A DNA stretch of 64,000 nt from Octopus vulgaris (taxonomy: Eukaryota), in the NCBI GenBank assembly GCA_951406725.2, contig OX597825.1, forward strand, positions 79,980,001-80,044,000, written 5' to 3'. Under the pieces are notes generated by a model. It was not told the origin of the DNA. It made no database searches and was given only the letters and a program-made list of their open reading frames with translations. Shown here piece by piece: positions 12,602-26,504 of the stretch (positions are counted from its first letter, which is position 1; each line of letters opens with the position of its first letter). The translations under genes and the position numbers were made by a program.

Positions 12602-12940
12602 TCATCATCATCATCATCATCATTATTTAACATCCACTTTCCATGCTAGCATGGGTTGGACGATTTGACTGAGGACTGGCGAACCAGATGACTGCACCAG
12701 ACTCCAATCTGATCTGGCAGAGTTTCTACAGCTGGATGCCCTTCCTAATGCCAACCACGCTGAGAGTGTAGTTGATTTTACGTGCCACCGGCACAAGGGC
12801 CAGTCGGGTGGTACTGGCAACAGCCACACTCAAATGGTGTTTTTTATGTGCCACCTGCACAGGAGCCAGTCCGGCAGCACTGGCAACGACCTCACACGAA
12901 TGTTTTTTCACATGCCACTGGCACAAGTGCCAGTAAGGCG
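12602..12940 (-). mobile_element. Interspersed repeat family C with (CAT)n/(GAT)n tail
   Basis: Core gagtggttggcgttaggaagggcatccagctgtagaaac...ccatgctagcatggaaa...gttaaa(tga)n. Copies at about 440-680, 1945-2297, 5988-6140, 7540-7772 and 9952-10105. Confidence 0.75.
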
Positions 12941-12984
12941 ATTACTCAGTGTATGAGTGAGTCAGATACATGCTTGTGTGTCTA

Positions 12985-13175
12985 TGGAGGGGAGAAAATC
13001 AGGTGTAGTGTTGGCAGATCTCAGGAAGCATGGAAGTTTTGAAGGATGCAGTGCTCCAACAACTACGGCAGTTTGTTCCAGGCTTCAGCAACTCTTAGCA
13101 TGAAAAAATGTTTCCGAAAGTCATGGGAGCTGTGCTGTTTTCTGACTTTGTAAACATGTCCACGGGTGTTAGATG
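12985..13175 (-). mobile_element. CR1-type LINE 3' end fragment
   Basis: Minus strand reads NTRGHVYKVRKQHSSHDFRKHFFMLRVAEAWNKLP, the typical CR1 ORF2 C-terminus. Confidence 0.7.
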
Positions 13176-13303
13176 GTTAATAATTTTATGGGTATCTGCC
13201 AATTCCATCTGACCCCTGCAAGCATGGAAAATTGGACATTAAATGCTGACAATCTTTTTTAGTGACTTGAATATAAACTGTGATTTTTGTTTTTATTTTT
13301 CAG

Positions 13304-13525
13304 AAAGAGAACATTGCTGCCTATTTCACTGAATTTTGTCAACACAGTCATGACTGGTCAGCCATGTCTCTGAAGAAACTGAAATCCGGAATTCGGTTAA
13401 CGGCACCCATAATCAACCCATTTAGAAGCCCTGTTCGAATGTTTTCTGACGAAAACTGCTTGCCTTCATATAGCAATGCTTTCCTCAGCCACCTGGAATA
13501 TGAAAATATTGACGATTTTGAATAA
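13304..13525 (+). CDS. ZMYND15: ZMYND15-like last coding exon
   Basis: tttttcag| acceptor. Reads KENIAAYFTEF...INPFRSPVRMFSDENCLPSYSNAFLSHLEYENIDDFE*; NPFRSP and NAF are family C-terminal motifs. Confidence 0.92.
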   Translation, partial: KENIAAYFTEFCQHSHDWSAMSLKKLKSGIRLTAPIINPFRSPVRMFSDENCLPSYSNAFLSHLEYENIDDFE

Positions 13526-13801
13526 TTGTTGACATTATTTCAATGAAGATTTTGTGTTTTACGGTCGTCATTAACCATTTCTGTTAAAATAATTTGGAAA
13601 TTAGGGTTACTCTTACCACAGACTTCTGCTAATTTTCCTTCTCATGGTCCATCAAACATATCCTTTTACAACAAAGTACAATGTGTTGTACTCTTGGACT
13701 AAGTACTCATTTCTATGAACCCATCTCCCTGACACCATCAATTAACCAAATGTTAATAATTTTGAAAACAATTCAAGAAATTGAAGTCAGAGAAGCAATG
13801 C

Positions 13802-13925
13802 TTGTCACCACTTCATGGCTGTTCCATACGAACTGATGTTACTACTATTTTTAACCCCAATGGGATGCCTCCTCTAGCTAGTTATCGATGCAATTTGCAC
13901 CCAACATATATAAGCAGGGGAACGA
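13802..13925. mobile_element. Single arm of the 63716 MITE family
   Basis: ttgtcaccacttca...ttttaacccca...cctctagctagttatcgatgcaatttgcaccc...aagcaggggaac aligns by eye with 63716-63844. Confidence 0.7.
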
Positions 13926-16900
13926 AGCCAGAGATATTGTGTGTTGCACAAGTTTTAAACTATTCTAGCAACCTGTAATAGAAATTAGATTAAATGTCTT
14001 CTACTATAGCCCCAAGCCAACCAAAGCCATGTGAGTGGATTTGCTTGAGAGAAACTGAAAGGCCAAAATCCCATATATATATAAAATGTTGGTGTTCGTG
14101 CACACTTTTATCTAGACACTAAGTGATGGTTGCAAATGATTGTTCATTTCAATTGTGGAGTGAAGACCATGCTGGGCCATTGTGGGGGGGCAGTAATATT
14201 ACGTTGCTTTGAAACAGGTGAGAGTTGGTGACAGGAAGAACATCCGGCTGCAGGAATTGTACCTCAACAAATTCTGTCTGTATGGTAAGAAGTTTGCTTC
14301 CCAACCACGCAGTTTCAGGTTCACTCCCACTGCATGGCATCTTGGGGAAGTGTCTTCTATAGCACCATACTAACCAGAGTTCGTGAGTAGAACAGGTAGA
14401 CAGAAATTGAAAGAAATCCATCATATGTGTGTGTGTGCAAACGTCCTTGACATGGTTTTTAATGAGTGTTGCTGTTATAAAAGTTGTGTCATTTGCAGTC
14501 TGCCACAAAAACATGGCCAGCCAAAGGATTGGTAATGGAAATGGCATAACCTTGCTTACAGGTCTTCTACAACAGCCTCAATTGAAGTGAAGACTTACGA
14601 GTGAGATTTGGTAAACAGAAACTGTGTGGAACCCCATTGCTGGGACCATTCCTGGTTATCTCAATTGCAGGAGATACCACCACTGGGTCCTGGCTTTTTG
14701 TGAATCCTACTTGGTTGAATCATTCAGGCCAGATCTCCAGTTTAACAATAAACTTCCTCTCCAGTTTCTAAGCTCCTAAACTGGAGGGCCTCGTAGGTGA
14801 TGTCCTTTTTAAGGAAACATTAATTAAAAAGTATGGAGATGTATTCTGCATCTCAAATGTTTGGACTTGTGCTGAAATTAAAGAAATATCAAAGTTCGCC
14901 ATTCAGAATGTGATGCAGTAGAACTTCCTTGTCTGAAGAGGTCAGAGTTTCAAGTGCTGTAAATTTTGATATATTACAAATGAATGTTTCAATGAAGTTG
15001 ATGGTCTTAGAGCATTTCTGAATGGCTAACTTGTGTCATCTATGTTGCAATCACATTAATTAAAATAATATATATTAATAATTACACAGATTCTGTCATT
15101 GGTTTGTCAAATTCCAGTGATTATGATTTTAATTATCATGTAACATCAGTTTTCCATGCAGGATGGTTTTATAAGATCCAAGTGATCGAAGGACTGCATC
15201 AAGCTCTTATATCTGCTTTGGCATGGATTCTATGGCTTGCACAATCACACTACTGAGTGTACTGGGTGGTTTTTTTTTTTTTTTTCGTGGCTCTAGCCCT
15301 AATGCAGTCACCATGCAACCCAAAAAACTGATAACCTTCAGTTGAGTGAGGCTACAGTAGAGATCGGGATAACTTTATACTAGGGGATAAGGGATAAAAA
15401 CTGGGCAAGAAGGGGTTAGAACTAGTTCATTGACTGTAGAGATGCAACACAGCTTTAGAAAAAATGATCAGGGTGAACTGGAAAGAGATAAAAGTAATGG
15501 TGACAGGTATCTGGGTGGATTTCAAGGTACAAGATGAATACAAGTGATTGGGGATAATTGAACAGGTGTGTAGGTAGGTAGCTTTGCAAAGGAGATGGTT
15601 AGATATAAAGAATGGGTGAGGATGGTTACTATGACAAACAAATTTTGAAGGATGATAAAAGTAGAGGAGGAGAGAAGATGACAGTGGGAAAAGAAGAAAA
15701 AAAAAGGTAGATGAATAGCAGCAGAATAGTAAGTGATACAGTGGACAGAGGAGGAAAGAAAATATGGGGAGATGACATGGTTGGATAGGCTGTAAGAGTG
15801 GGGGTAGTGAATGAGAGAGATGTATGGTGGTGATAATTTGGTGACTCAGGAGGGTGATCAATGTAAAATGTGGGTGGAGAGGATATGAGTGGTGGGAATG
15901 TTTTTAGGAAGAAATTGGGCCGGGTTATGCTTTCAAAATCATTTTTGATCAAGTTGGGTGGATCTTCTTGAGAACCACATACCATCAGTCCTCGTCCTTT
16001 GTAGTCTTCTGCATGAGGTTCAAAGTCCTGAGATCAGCCTCCACCACTCCATTTGCAGGTCTTCCTGGATTTTCTTCTACAAATGGTTTAACCTCATCAC
16101 AATACATCTCTCTCTCTCTGTATTATAACACTGTTGCCTCACAACTTTATTTCCATCATTTATATGAGTTACATGCATAAATAATGACTCAAAGACAAAG
16201 TTGAGAGAATAAAGCAATTTATTTTCAGATATATTAAACTCTAGAGAACAATAAAACAAAAATGATAATATCTAACAGAATGATAATAATAATAAACAAA
16301 CAAAATAGACAATAGCTACAGTTATAATAATAATAATAAATTTGGCATGTTTCTATTGCAAACCAATGAAACAATTGAAATGCAACTGGTATGGAGATTA
16401 TTTTCAAAATCATAATCATCACAAGACATTCATGATTTCATCACTCTGGGCTTGGGTTGAACAGATCTTCAAAATGTGAGTTTACCATAAATGGCAAGAT
16501 GTTTGGACAGATCTTTAAAGTGTGATATCGTCACAATTGGCATGGGTTGGACGGATCTGCAACACAATGTTATTGTTTCAACTATTTCTACTTTTCTTCA
16601 AGAATACTCCACTCTCCTTAAGTCGCAAATTACTACATCACATATGCATGCATGCACACACGCACGCATGAGATCCTACCTTCATCTCATCACCTGATTA
16701 GCAACAACAAAAGATACATTAATTCTTTTTTAATCTCCAGTCTCATCCAACTCACATAATGCCATTCTTATGTTTATGTCTAGGATTGTCTATAAAGAAT
16801 GCCATTATATTTATTACATTTTCCAAACCCAGCCACATTCTCTATCCATTCTCTCACCATACAACCAGCTTTTTAGATAAACTTAAACATTAGAAAAAGG

Positions 16901-17218
16901 TTATTTAAAAATAGAAATAAGGGTTTGTTTTTACATCTAGATTAGCTATAATTTCTAGATCTACCACAACACTTTAACTACTAAAGATTTTTAAAAGAAA
17001 ATGTGAAAGAAATGGAGGAGGAAAAGCAAGAAGCAAAAGAGAGATAACAAAACAGACAAGAGTAAGAGGAGGAGGAAGAAGATCAAGCAAAAGGAGAAGA
17101 AGAAGATGAAGACAATGTTGGGGAAGTAGTAGCAGCATTGGTAGTCAAAGAAGAAAGAAATATTTGCAAAAATTGTAATCTCAAAAGATAGAAATAATAA
17201 TAATAATAATAATATATA

Positions 17219-17567
17219 AGTTTGGAAATGGAGATTCAATGGGTATAAATTTATTATTTATCATTGCCTTCACAACCAATTTAAATTACAAAATATAATA
17301 TAAGTTCACACTTTAAGTAGTCTGGGTGGAAGATCAGGGCAAATTGGACATTATGGAGTCTGTTGGAGTATTTCAATTGACCAGAATGTAAACTCTATTA
17401 TGTTCATTTTGCCCCGAAGATCTTCAACCCAGACTATTCAAAATGTAAACTTATATCATTGTATATGTTTTGTAATTTAAACTGGGTGTGAAGTGAAACA
17501 ATTGTAGGGCAATATTAATTAATTAACAGGTTAATTTATATCCATTGAATCTCTCCATTTTCAAACT
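17219..17567. mobile_element. Old hairpin-type MITE between the two genes
   Basis: Arms agtttggaaatggagattcaatgggtataaatt / aatttatatccattgaatctctccattttcaaact; inner pairing tagtctgggtggaagatc / gatcttcaacccagacta. Confidence 0.7.
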
Positions 17568-17778
17568 GATGTTTTATAATATATTTACTGAAGAAATATC
17601 TCTTCAAAGCATAAGATATTAAACCAGGATTTCTTGGATAAAACTATCCTTATAAGAGGTTAAAATATCCTTGTAGTAAGTATATGTGTATAAATTTATG
17701 TTTGGAATAAAATAAAAATTTTGGTCAACTGCATAACATAATAGAATAAACATGTACCTAATATACATACATGCATAT

Positions 17779-17817
<39 letters not shown>

Positions 17818-19701
17818 TCGTGTGTGTATATATGTTCATATTGAAATTTGTAGTGTGCACACATATGCGTACTCACAATACTACAAATTTCTGGTGCAGT
17901 CTATCACCTTGCTGCAAATGGGGAGGCACAGCTCATCTGCAGGCAACTGAAGATGGGGAAGGGGAGGGGTGCATAATTAACAAAGGTTTCATTGTGTTGC
18001 AGTGTTTGGGGTACGAAATCCCTCTGACAACATTGACAGCAGAAAGAGAAGGAAAGCTACACTTCTTTCTTGGAAGTGAGGCATAGTGTGGGGCAAGGAT
18101 TGTTTCGCCCTTGTCTTTGATTAGGAAAGGGGTGGGAGGGGGTCAGTCAGTGGCACTGTTTATCACATACATGATAATTGAATATTTGAGTTAAGATAGT
18201 TAACAGTTTCACTCAAGTATGAGTGAGAACTTAAGTGAATGGAAGAGGATTCTACCTCTAGGTTGCATTAAGGGATGGAACAAGGATTAACCCAGGATTT
18301 AAGAAAAAGCCAAAAAAAGAAGTTTAATCTCCTTATAATGGAACAATTTTCATCCCTTACTATTTTCCAGAAACTTCTTTGATGGAAAGTGCTGTGCCTT
18401 CTTTATCCAACTGAACATACAAAGAAAAAAAATTGAACTTTGAAAAGCAAGAATTGGGTTGAGGGTTCTTTATCACATCGGGACCAATTTCTTTCACTTT
18501 ACACACAAACCTCTCAACATTCACTTTTCAAAAGGAGCTGATATACTTAACTACTTGGTCATGTTTTGTTTTTTTAAATGACCACAATGGTCAAAAAGTG
18601 ACCAGTTTCTAAAACTAAATTTTATCTACTAACCCAAGAATTTGAATTGAGAATAACTCACTTTAGATAAGATTAACTATCAAAGAGGCCAAAAAAGTCA
18701 AGAATAGTGGCATTAGTAATTTTTGAGAAATATATATTATATAGAAATATATATGTCTTTGATTGGAAACTCACCTCTCTATAAACTCAGAGATCCAATA
18801 CCTCATAAAAAAATAATAATTAAAAAATTTGTAATTAATGTGGTCATCATAATTAAGAAATATAGAGTGAGATATTACTTTATGCCAAATTATAATCATT
18901 GTAAAACAGAAAGCATTTACCAACAAAAATATGAAATATAATAATAATAATAACAACAACAGATAGGGAGGTAATAAGTTTGGCACAGGGGCCACAAACT
19001 TGAAAAAGACAGATTTTTATCAAACCTGGAGTGATGAAGAGGGGAAAAATTCAACCACAACAGGATTTGAATTGTGAAAAGAGACAGAACTAAGTACTGC
19101 AAAGCACTTGGTCCAGCACTAACACTTAAATTACAATAATTATAATAATAATAATGATCTGACAAATGCACATGACCACAAATTTGGAGCAAGGGGAACA
19201 GTCTTAATATCGACCCCAGTACATGACTGGTACTTAATTTATCGACCCCGAAAGGATGAAAGGCAAAGTTGACCTTGGTGGAATTAGAATTCAGAGGATA
19301 AAGAGCCAGAACAAATACCACAAGGTATTTCACCGATGCTCTAACAAGTCTGCCAAGCCACCGTGCTCCTGAATAACAACAATAATAATTTCAAACATAG
19401 GGCACATGGCTACAAATTTGTAAGCGGGGAGGGTGTTGACTAATATCCCTCCCCCCAGTTTTTCACTGATACTTTATCAACCTTGGAAGGATGAAAGGCA
19501 AAGTTGATCTCAGTAGGATTTGAACTCAGAACATCAAGAGCAGTAACTAAATACCATAAGGCATTTTGTCCAATGCTCTAATGATTCCGCTAATCCACTG
19601 CCCCCTAATGATATAATAATGTTCATAACAACAATAATAATAATAATTATAACAATGGTAATTATGATCTCTTTATGATGTGACTTTTTCTGAAAGCTTC
19701 T

Positions 19702-20300
19702 TTAATTCTTAATCTTTCCTATAGGAGTTTGGTTCTCGAAGACGGAAACAATGTTCAGAGCAGCATTGTAAGACATGTTGTTCCGAGCTTCCCAAGTGTT
19801 GCTACCCATATGCGGTGTGACGACACAGTTTGGTAGCGAGTTGAGACGATGTTCTTTCGGCAGGGGTTCAGGCTCAGTGACATCAAGTCCGGCAGCACCA
19901 ATTTCATGATTTTTTAGTGCATCGTACAAATCATCATGATTGATGACACCGCCACGACTGGTATTGATAAGAATTGCCGTATTTTTCATCTTCTTGAAGT
20001 TCTCCTTGTTGAAGAGATAATGCGTAGCTGGAGTCAGGTTACAGCAAATACAGATGACATCCGAATCTTTCAGTAAAGTTTCCAGATCAACAAATTCTGC
20101 TCCAAGTTCTTGGGCAAATGATGATTCTTTGATATCATGGTAGATCAAACGAGAAATACAAAAAGCTTTCATACGCCGAGCCACACCATATCCAATTCTG
20201 CCCATACCAAGGACTCCTATGGTACGGTTTGCAAAACTAGATCCTAAAATCCACATTGGTTTCCAGAGGCCCCAGTTGCCATTTCGAACAGCAGCAATAC
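19702..20300 (-). CDS. GRHPR: GRHPR-like dehydrogenase, coding exon 3
   Basis: ttttattttaag| acceptor. Contains WGLWKPMW, Rossmann GMGRIG, NTSRGG (R241), LDVTEPEPL (E270) and TPHMGS (H289). Exons total 205+171+599 = 975 nt = 324 aa plus stop. Confidence 0.95.
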
Positions 20301-20811
20301 CTTAAAATAAAAAGAAATATTTCTTACTTTTTTTTTTTTGCATTAGCAAAAGGTTAGAAATGTTAAGAGCCGTAATCAATGATTAAAATTTAGTTCATCA
20401 TTAATACTTATTTTATCAACCTCAGAATGGGTGGGGGTGCGATGAAAACAATTGAAGAAAGAATAGAGGAAGGATGGATGCTGCTAAATACTGTTAAGCT
20501 TTAAGGCTGACAGAGACAAACACAGACAGACAGACACAAACAGAGAGACACACACACACACACACACACAAAGAGGCAGACGGGGAGACACACACATACA
20601 GAGATAGATATAGGGAGAGACACAGCTATATATATATATATATATATATTGGGAGAGAGAAGGTATGTATTCTTAACTGGGTTTAAGGAATGGTTATTTA
20701 AGAATATATATCAAGTGATCCAAACCTTACTCTATCTAGAGATTTTCTGTGTAGAAGGTGGAATAACATAAGCATGCAGTTGAGAAAATGGTTAAGAACT
20801 GAGGCACTTAC

Positions 20812-20982
20812 CTTCTTCAATGCGTCTACTAACCGCCAACGCTAAAGTAACCGCAAACTCTGAAACACAATCGGTGGAAATCTTCGACAAGTTACACGCA
20901 ATGATGTTGCGTGCTTTGCATGCCTTCAAATCAATGTGTTCATAGCCAACCGACAAAGTGGACACTACCTTCAGACTAGGAC
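20812..20982 (-). CDS. GRHPR: GRHPR-like dehydrogenase, coding exon 2
   Basis: ttttccag| acceptor and G|gtaagt donor. Reads GPSLKVVSTLSVGYEHIDLKACKARNI...EFAVTLALAVSRRIEE(G); includes the SVG substrate-binding loop. Confidence 0.93.
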
Positions 20983-21194
20983 CTGGAAAACAGATTGAAC
21001 AAACATTTCTGAGCAATTTCCTACATCAAAACTTACTTCCAAATATGAAACAATTTGTTTGTTTTTTTCCTGTCTTGGCAGAAGGAAGCCTTTACAGGGC
21101 TACCAAGACTGGTGGGTGGGGGTATCCTGAAACCAGGAAACTGGTCCGAATGCATTGCAACAGAATTCGTGCTACTGGAGAAAAACACTGCCGA

Positions 21195-21480
21195 ACTGAA
21201 AGCATTTGAAACAATGAATTGCCCAAGATTTCTGACAATCAGCTGAACTGACCATCAAACAAATTGGGAGATGAGAAAATATGAAGGGAAGGAGAATTCT
21301 TGGCAACTGTGAAGAAGGGAAAGTTGCAGTATTTCTGCAGTATTTCTGTCACCAGGGCCCAGGACCTCAACATCTACATCGCAGAAGGAAGAGTCAATGG
21401 GAAACAAGGAAAGGGAAAACTGAGAAGATACTGGATAGACAAGATGAAAGAATGGACTAAAAGACCTGCGTGTGTGACTT
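21195..21480 (+). mobile_element. RTE-clade LINE 3' fragment
   Basis: KLQYF...IAEGRVNGKQGKGKLRRYWIDKMKEWT resembles the RTE C-terminal EG-x-V-x-GKR-x-RGRP-x2-W-x-D motif. Confidence 0.65.
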
Positions 21481-22731
21481 TGAAACAGATTTTCTACAAT
21501 CAAGTGCCCTTCCTGTCAGCACACAGTTTAAAAAAAAAAAAAAACTAAAAAAAAACGGGGGGACTAATTAAGCATAGGAAGTAGATTCAGTTAGGAGTGA
21601 CAAACGAAAGTAATGAGACATCAGTGAATCTGCGTCAGTCTATGTAAATATCTAGTGACAATATCCAAATATCCACGTAACCGAGTCCCTCGTACAGACC
21701 TTACGATATAAAGTTACTTCCCTTTAATTTCCAAGCTGAAACTCCTGCGAAGTATCAGATTTTCAAAACAAAATAAATTAAAGACCAGGCAATTAATGAA
21801 ATCAATTTAATTGTAATTTTGTACTTCAGGGAGAAATAATAATTATTACCTTCAATTATTTTGTATCGTTAACTCTAAAGGTTAAATCGTTTTCAAGATT
21901 GGTGGAAAGATGAAATTCTTATAAACACGTATACCAAACACATGCATATACAGACATATGTGGGGGACACTGGTGGCCCTGGGTCAGCTCTATATACAAT
22001 GATACCTCTGGAACCAGCCACCCGGGATGATTCCAACCCCGTCAAGCAAGGACAGGAAGTGAGTGAGTGAACTAAGCTAGGTTATATAAACCTTGTTTCA
22101 GCCTTGCTGGAGCACTGCCTTACATTTTTAGTCAAATGAATCAATCCCGTTACTTTTAGCCAGGTACTTATTTTATTGGTCACTTTTATTGAACTGCTAA
22201 GTTGTGGGGACATAAACACAGGCTTCTTCCAGTTTCCATCAACCAAATATACTCACAAGCCTTTGGTTGACTTGGGGCAACAGTAGAAGACACTTACCCA
22301 AGTTGCCACACAGTGGGAAGCAAACTTGATGGAAATCTTATCTTACTTGTTTCAGTCATTGGAGCCATGCTGGAGCATTGCCTTCAAGGGTGCAATCACA
22401 CAAATTGACCCCAGGACATAAGTCTGGCAAAAAAGCTCTGGAGAATAAGTGTCAAACTATACACCACCACTGCTTGACAACCACACACACAAGATTCAGT
22501 TGAGTTGGGTCCTTAAATTGAGGTACCTTACCAGTTCAGTATAATCCGCACACCCCAACAATATTATTTGAATATCAAGACTCCATGTAGGGGTATTTGT
22601 ACCCAATATTCCTGCCGTGTGTGTAGACAACACAACCCAGCTAAATGAAGATATCTGCTCTTGGTAATTCAGACGTGTACTTTTTATAAAAGGTACTTTC
22701 TATAGTATTTCCGAAGTACAGATTCTAAGGT

Positions 22732-23656
22732 AACAAAGATGTACAGGTGTCAGTTTACTATGGCCATTTCAAGCAGCTCCATTTAATTGACTAATGAAAA
22801 CATTACATCAGTTTGAAAGAAACTGTTCTCATATGACCGAATAGGCTTCAAACAAAGGATAAACCATTTTTAACAAATTTACATAAATAATGGAAACCAA
22901 AATATTGACATTGTTTCCTTTTGTGACAGAATGAGAATATTTTGGCTTCCATTATTGATGTAAATTTGTTAAAAAAAAAAAAAAAATGGTTTATCCATTA
23001 TGTTTGAAGTCTATGTGGTCATCTGATGAGAACAGTTTTTCAAAGTTGCTCCATTTCATTAATTAATGAAAACTTTACATTAATTTGAAAGAAACCGTTC
23101 TTGTCAGAGGACTGCATAGATTTCAGACAAAGAATAAACCATATTTTAACAAATTTGCATCAATAATGGAAACCAAAATATTCTCATTCTGTCACAATTA
23201 TAACGAAAGGAAACAATGTTAATATTTTGGCTTCCATTATTGATGTAAATTTGTTTAAAAAACGGTTTATCTTTTATGTCTGAAGTCTAGGCAATCATCT
23301 GACAAGAACGGTTTCTTTCAAATTAATATAAAGTTTTCATTAATTAATGAAATGGAGCAACTCCGTAAAAATATTCTCATCATATGACTACAGACATAAA
23401 GGATAAGTCATTTTTTTAAACAAATTTACATCAATAATGGAAGCCAAAATATTCTCATTCTGTCACAAAGGAAACAATGTCAATATTTTGGTTTCCATTA
23501 TTTATGTAAATTTGTTAAAAATAGTTTATCCTTTGTTTGAAGCCTATTCGGTCATATGAGAACAGTTTCTTTCAAACTGATGTAATGTTTTCATTAGTCA
23601 ATTAAATGGAGATACTTGAAATGGGCATAATAAATTGACACCTGAACATCTTTGTT
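22732..23656. mobile_element. Foldback-like element: 925-bp palindrome built of nested inverted subunits
   Basis: Ends aacaaagatgtacaggtgtca / tgacacctgaacatctttgtt; six copies of a roughly 90-140-bp unit in alternating orientation. Confidence 0.8.
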
Positions 23657-23700
<44 letters not shown>

Positions 23701-24254
23701 CACACACACACCCATACTCAATGGGCTTCTATGCAGTTTCCATCAACCAAATTCACTCAAAGATTGGTCCACCCAAGGTTATAGAAGACACTTTCTTAAA
23801 GTGTCATACTTAAAATTCTTCAAGGCGGTGTCACAGTATGGCCACAATCTAATGAAGGAAACAAGATATACACACATGGGCTTCTTTCAGTTTCCATCAA
23901 CCAAATCCATTCACAAGTTTTTCAGTTGGTTCAGGGCTTTAGTAGAGGACACTTGCCTGAAGTGCTGTCCAGTAGGATTGAACCCAATATCACTTTAAAA
24001 GTAACATTGATAATTCCTTCCTTATTTGCCTCAAGACTAACAAACTGACAACACTACATTACAATCCCTAAGGTTAACAGTACAAATGCGTCTGAACCTT
24101 CTGTGCCTTTAATTATACCTGCATGCATCTATGCACTTATGTAAGTGTGTGTATATGTAGATGTATGTATACGTTTTTTTTCAGAAAGAAAACCTTTGGT
24201 CATCCTACACACTGTCTGCATTTGCCATCCTGACTTCTTGGAATAGTTTTTAAA

Positions 24255-24543
24255 AAGCACCATCCGAACATGGCCGATGCCAGCGCCGCCTTGACTGGCT
24301 TCCGTGCCGGTGTCACGTAAAATGCACCAACCGATCATGGTTGCTACCAGCCTCCCCTGGCACCTGTGCTGGTGGCACGTAAAAAGCACCCAACTACACA
24401 GTAGTTGGAGTTAGGAAGGGCATCCAGCTGTAGAAACACTGCCAGATCAGACTGGAGCCTGGTACAGCCTCCTGGCTTCCCAGACCCCAGTCGAACCGTC
24501 CAACCTGTGCTAGCACGGAAAATGGATGTTAAACGACGATGAG
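24255..24543 (+). mobile_element. Repeat family C
   Basis: Internal tandem units tggcacgtaaaaagcacc, then the core and tail. Confidence 0.75.
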
Positions 24544-25051
24544 GTTAGCTATAAAGTTGCAAGCATCCTCTCCTACGACTTCTTGGAGGGAAGGACCAAT
24601 GTGAGTGAACCCCTACGCCTAATAATCTCCTTTCAGGGCAGATAAGAGAAGACGGGGGAAAAAGAGAGAAAGAAAAAAAGGAAATAGAAAAAGAAAACAG
24701 AATCAATTCCCAGTGTTTGGTTGGCACTTTACTGACCCTGAAAACACCGATCTTGGTGTTATTTACAGTCAGAATATGAAGAACTGGAGCCATTGCTGCA
24801 AGGCAGTTATCCAATGCTTTAACAACTGGGCCGATCAACGGCTTTAACATGCACAGAGACTAATTATCTCCTCGCTTCTTTTATCGATGTAATTATAGAA
24901 ACGACCGACTGACTTTTATTGTGACTGTTCCCACCATCACCATTATCATCACCATCATCAATAATTCCACCATGGTAACCACTTACTGCAGTCTATACTT
25001 TTACATTTATTATTACCACACGGTCACTACAACACTAACATTATGTAACAT

Positions 25052-25085
<34 letters not shown>

Positions 25086-26491
25086 CTGCCAACCAAACAC
25101 ACCCAAGGCTTACACATACACACACACATGTATGCACATGCATACACACAACACAATTTTCGTTAATCCAGTATATATTTTTAATCGTGGCAACCCCACA
25201 GCACTGATAACTACGACTGACCTCATCAGTGCTGAGTAGTGGTGTTCATGCTATTGGCTAGTTATAATATGATGGTTCTTGTTTAACCCTTGTCCAAAAT
25301 ATCCTGCAATCTTTTTAAAGATGCAAGTAATTTGAGAGAGATTTGACTGCTATTTCTAGCATTACCACCCTCACCACAAAAATCATGCCACCAACAAAAA
25401 TATGGGAAGTCAATATGGTCGCCCATAATGCTAGAAATAGCAGTCAAATCTCCCTCAAATCACATTCTATGATGGTGATGAGTTTGTCACAAATATATAC
25501 TGGCAAAATAATTATTTTTGCCACTGTAACATGGCTGTTCTATAAGGAACTATGTTGCGACATTTTAACTTCAGGGAAATGTCTTTTCCAGCTGGTTAAT
25601 GACATGCAACCCGTGCTCGATATTTTGTGAGGAAGGGAGCAAATCATTCCCCTCCAGCTTGTTAAGACCACTCTCTCTATATATAGAGAGAAATCTTTCT
25701 CTGTATCTCTCTCATATATATAGGCACAGGAGTGGCTGTGAGGTAAGTAGCTTGCTTACGAACCACATGGTTCCAGGTTCAGTTCCACTGCGTGGTACCT
25801 TGGGCAAGTGTCTTCTACTATAGCCTTGGGCCAACCAAAGCCTTGTGAGTGGATTTGGTAGATGGAAACTGAAAGAAGCCTGTCGTGTATATACATGCAG
25901 AGTAGATAAAACAGGGGACAACTGATGAAGGGAATGTTCTTTCTGTTGCATGTCTCGTTTCTCTGTTTTTTTTCGTTGTTCGAAAAAAAGTTCGTTTTTT
26001 ATGTTTTTGTTTTTTATGTTCTCGTTTCTCATTTTGTCTTGGTTTTTTTTTATGCCCTGTACCCATATATGCATGTATATATACATATATATGTAGGTAT
26101 GTACATATGTATATATATTATTTAAACTATTGTGCGTGTGTGTGTTCCCCCAACACCACTTGACAACCGAGAAAGAGAGAAAAAGACAGAGAGAGAAAGA
26201 GACAGAAAGAAAGAGAAAAAAGAAAAAGAAAGAAAGATAAGAAAAAGAGAAAAAGAAAGAGAAAAAAGAAAAAAGAGAGAGAGAGAGAGAGAGAGAAATA
26301 AGTGATTGAGCAGGATAGTGTAGCGTGATCGAGAAAATGAGGGAACGAGTAGTGTGATGGAAAGAAAGAATGGAGTTGAATGAACGAGACAAAAGAAAGA
26401 CGATAGCATATAAAAAGGTGAGGAGTTAGGTAGTCGGTTACCATAGCTACCACCAGATGAACCGCCTTCAATAAAACTGTATCCTTGAAAC

Positions 26492-26504
26492 GACCTTCAC
26501 CTTG
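26492..26504 (-). promoter_or_regulatory. CAAGGTGAAGGTC nuclear-receptor-like element, copy 1
   Basis: gaccttcaccttg on the + strand; exact copy of the 13-mer also seen at 28877, 42695 and 43044. Confidence 0.45.

Noticed and set aside
12770-12935. Regularly spaced repeats (tgccac...gcaca) resembling a CRISPR array
   Set aside because: Internal tandem units of repeat family C in a eukaryotic intron; the spacers are related to each other and there are no cas genes.
25712-26471. 226-aa and overlapping F/S/L-rich ORFs
   Set aside because: They span a SINE and a purine-rich simple repeat.
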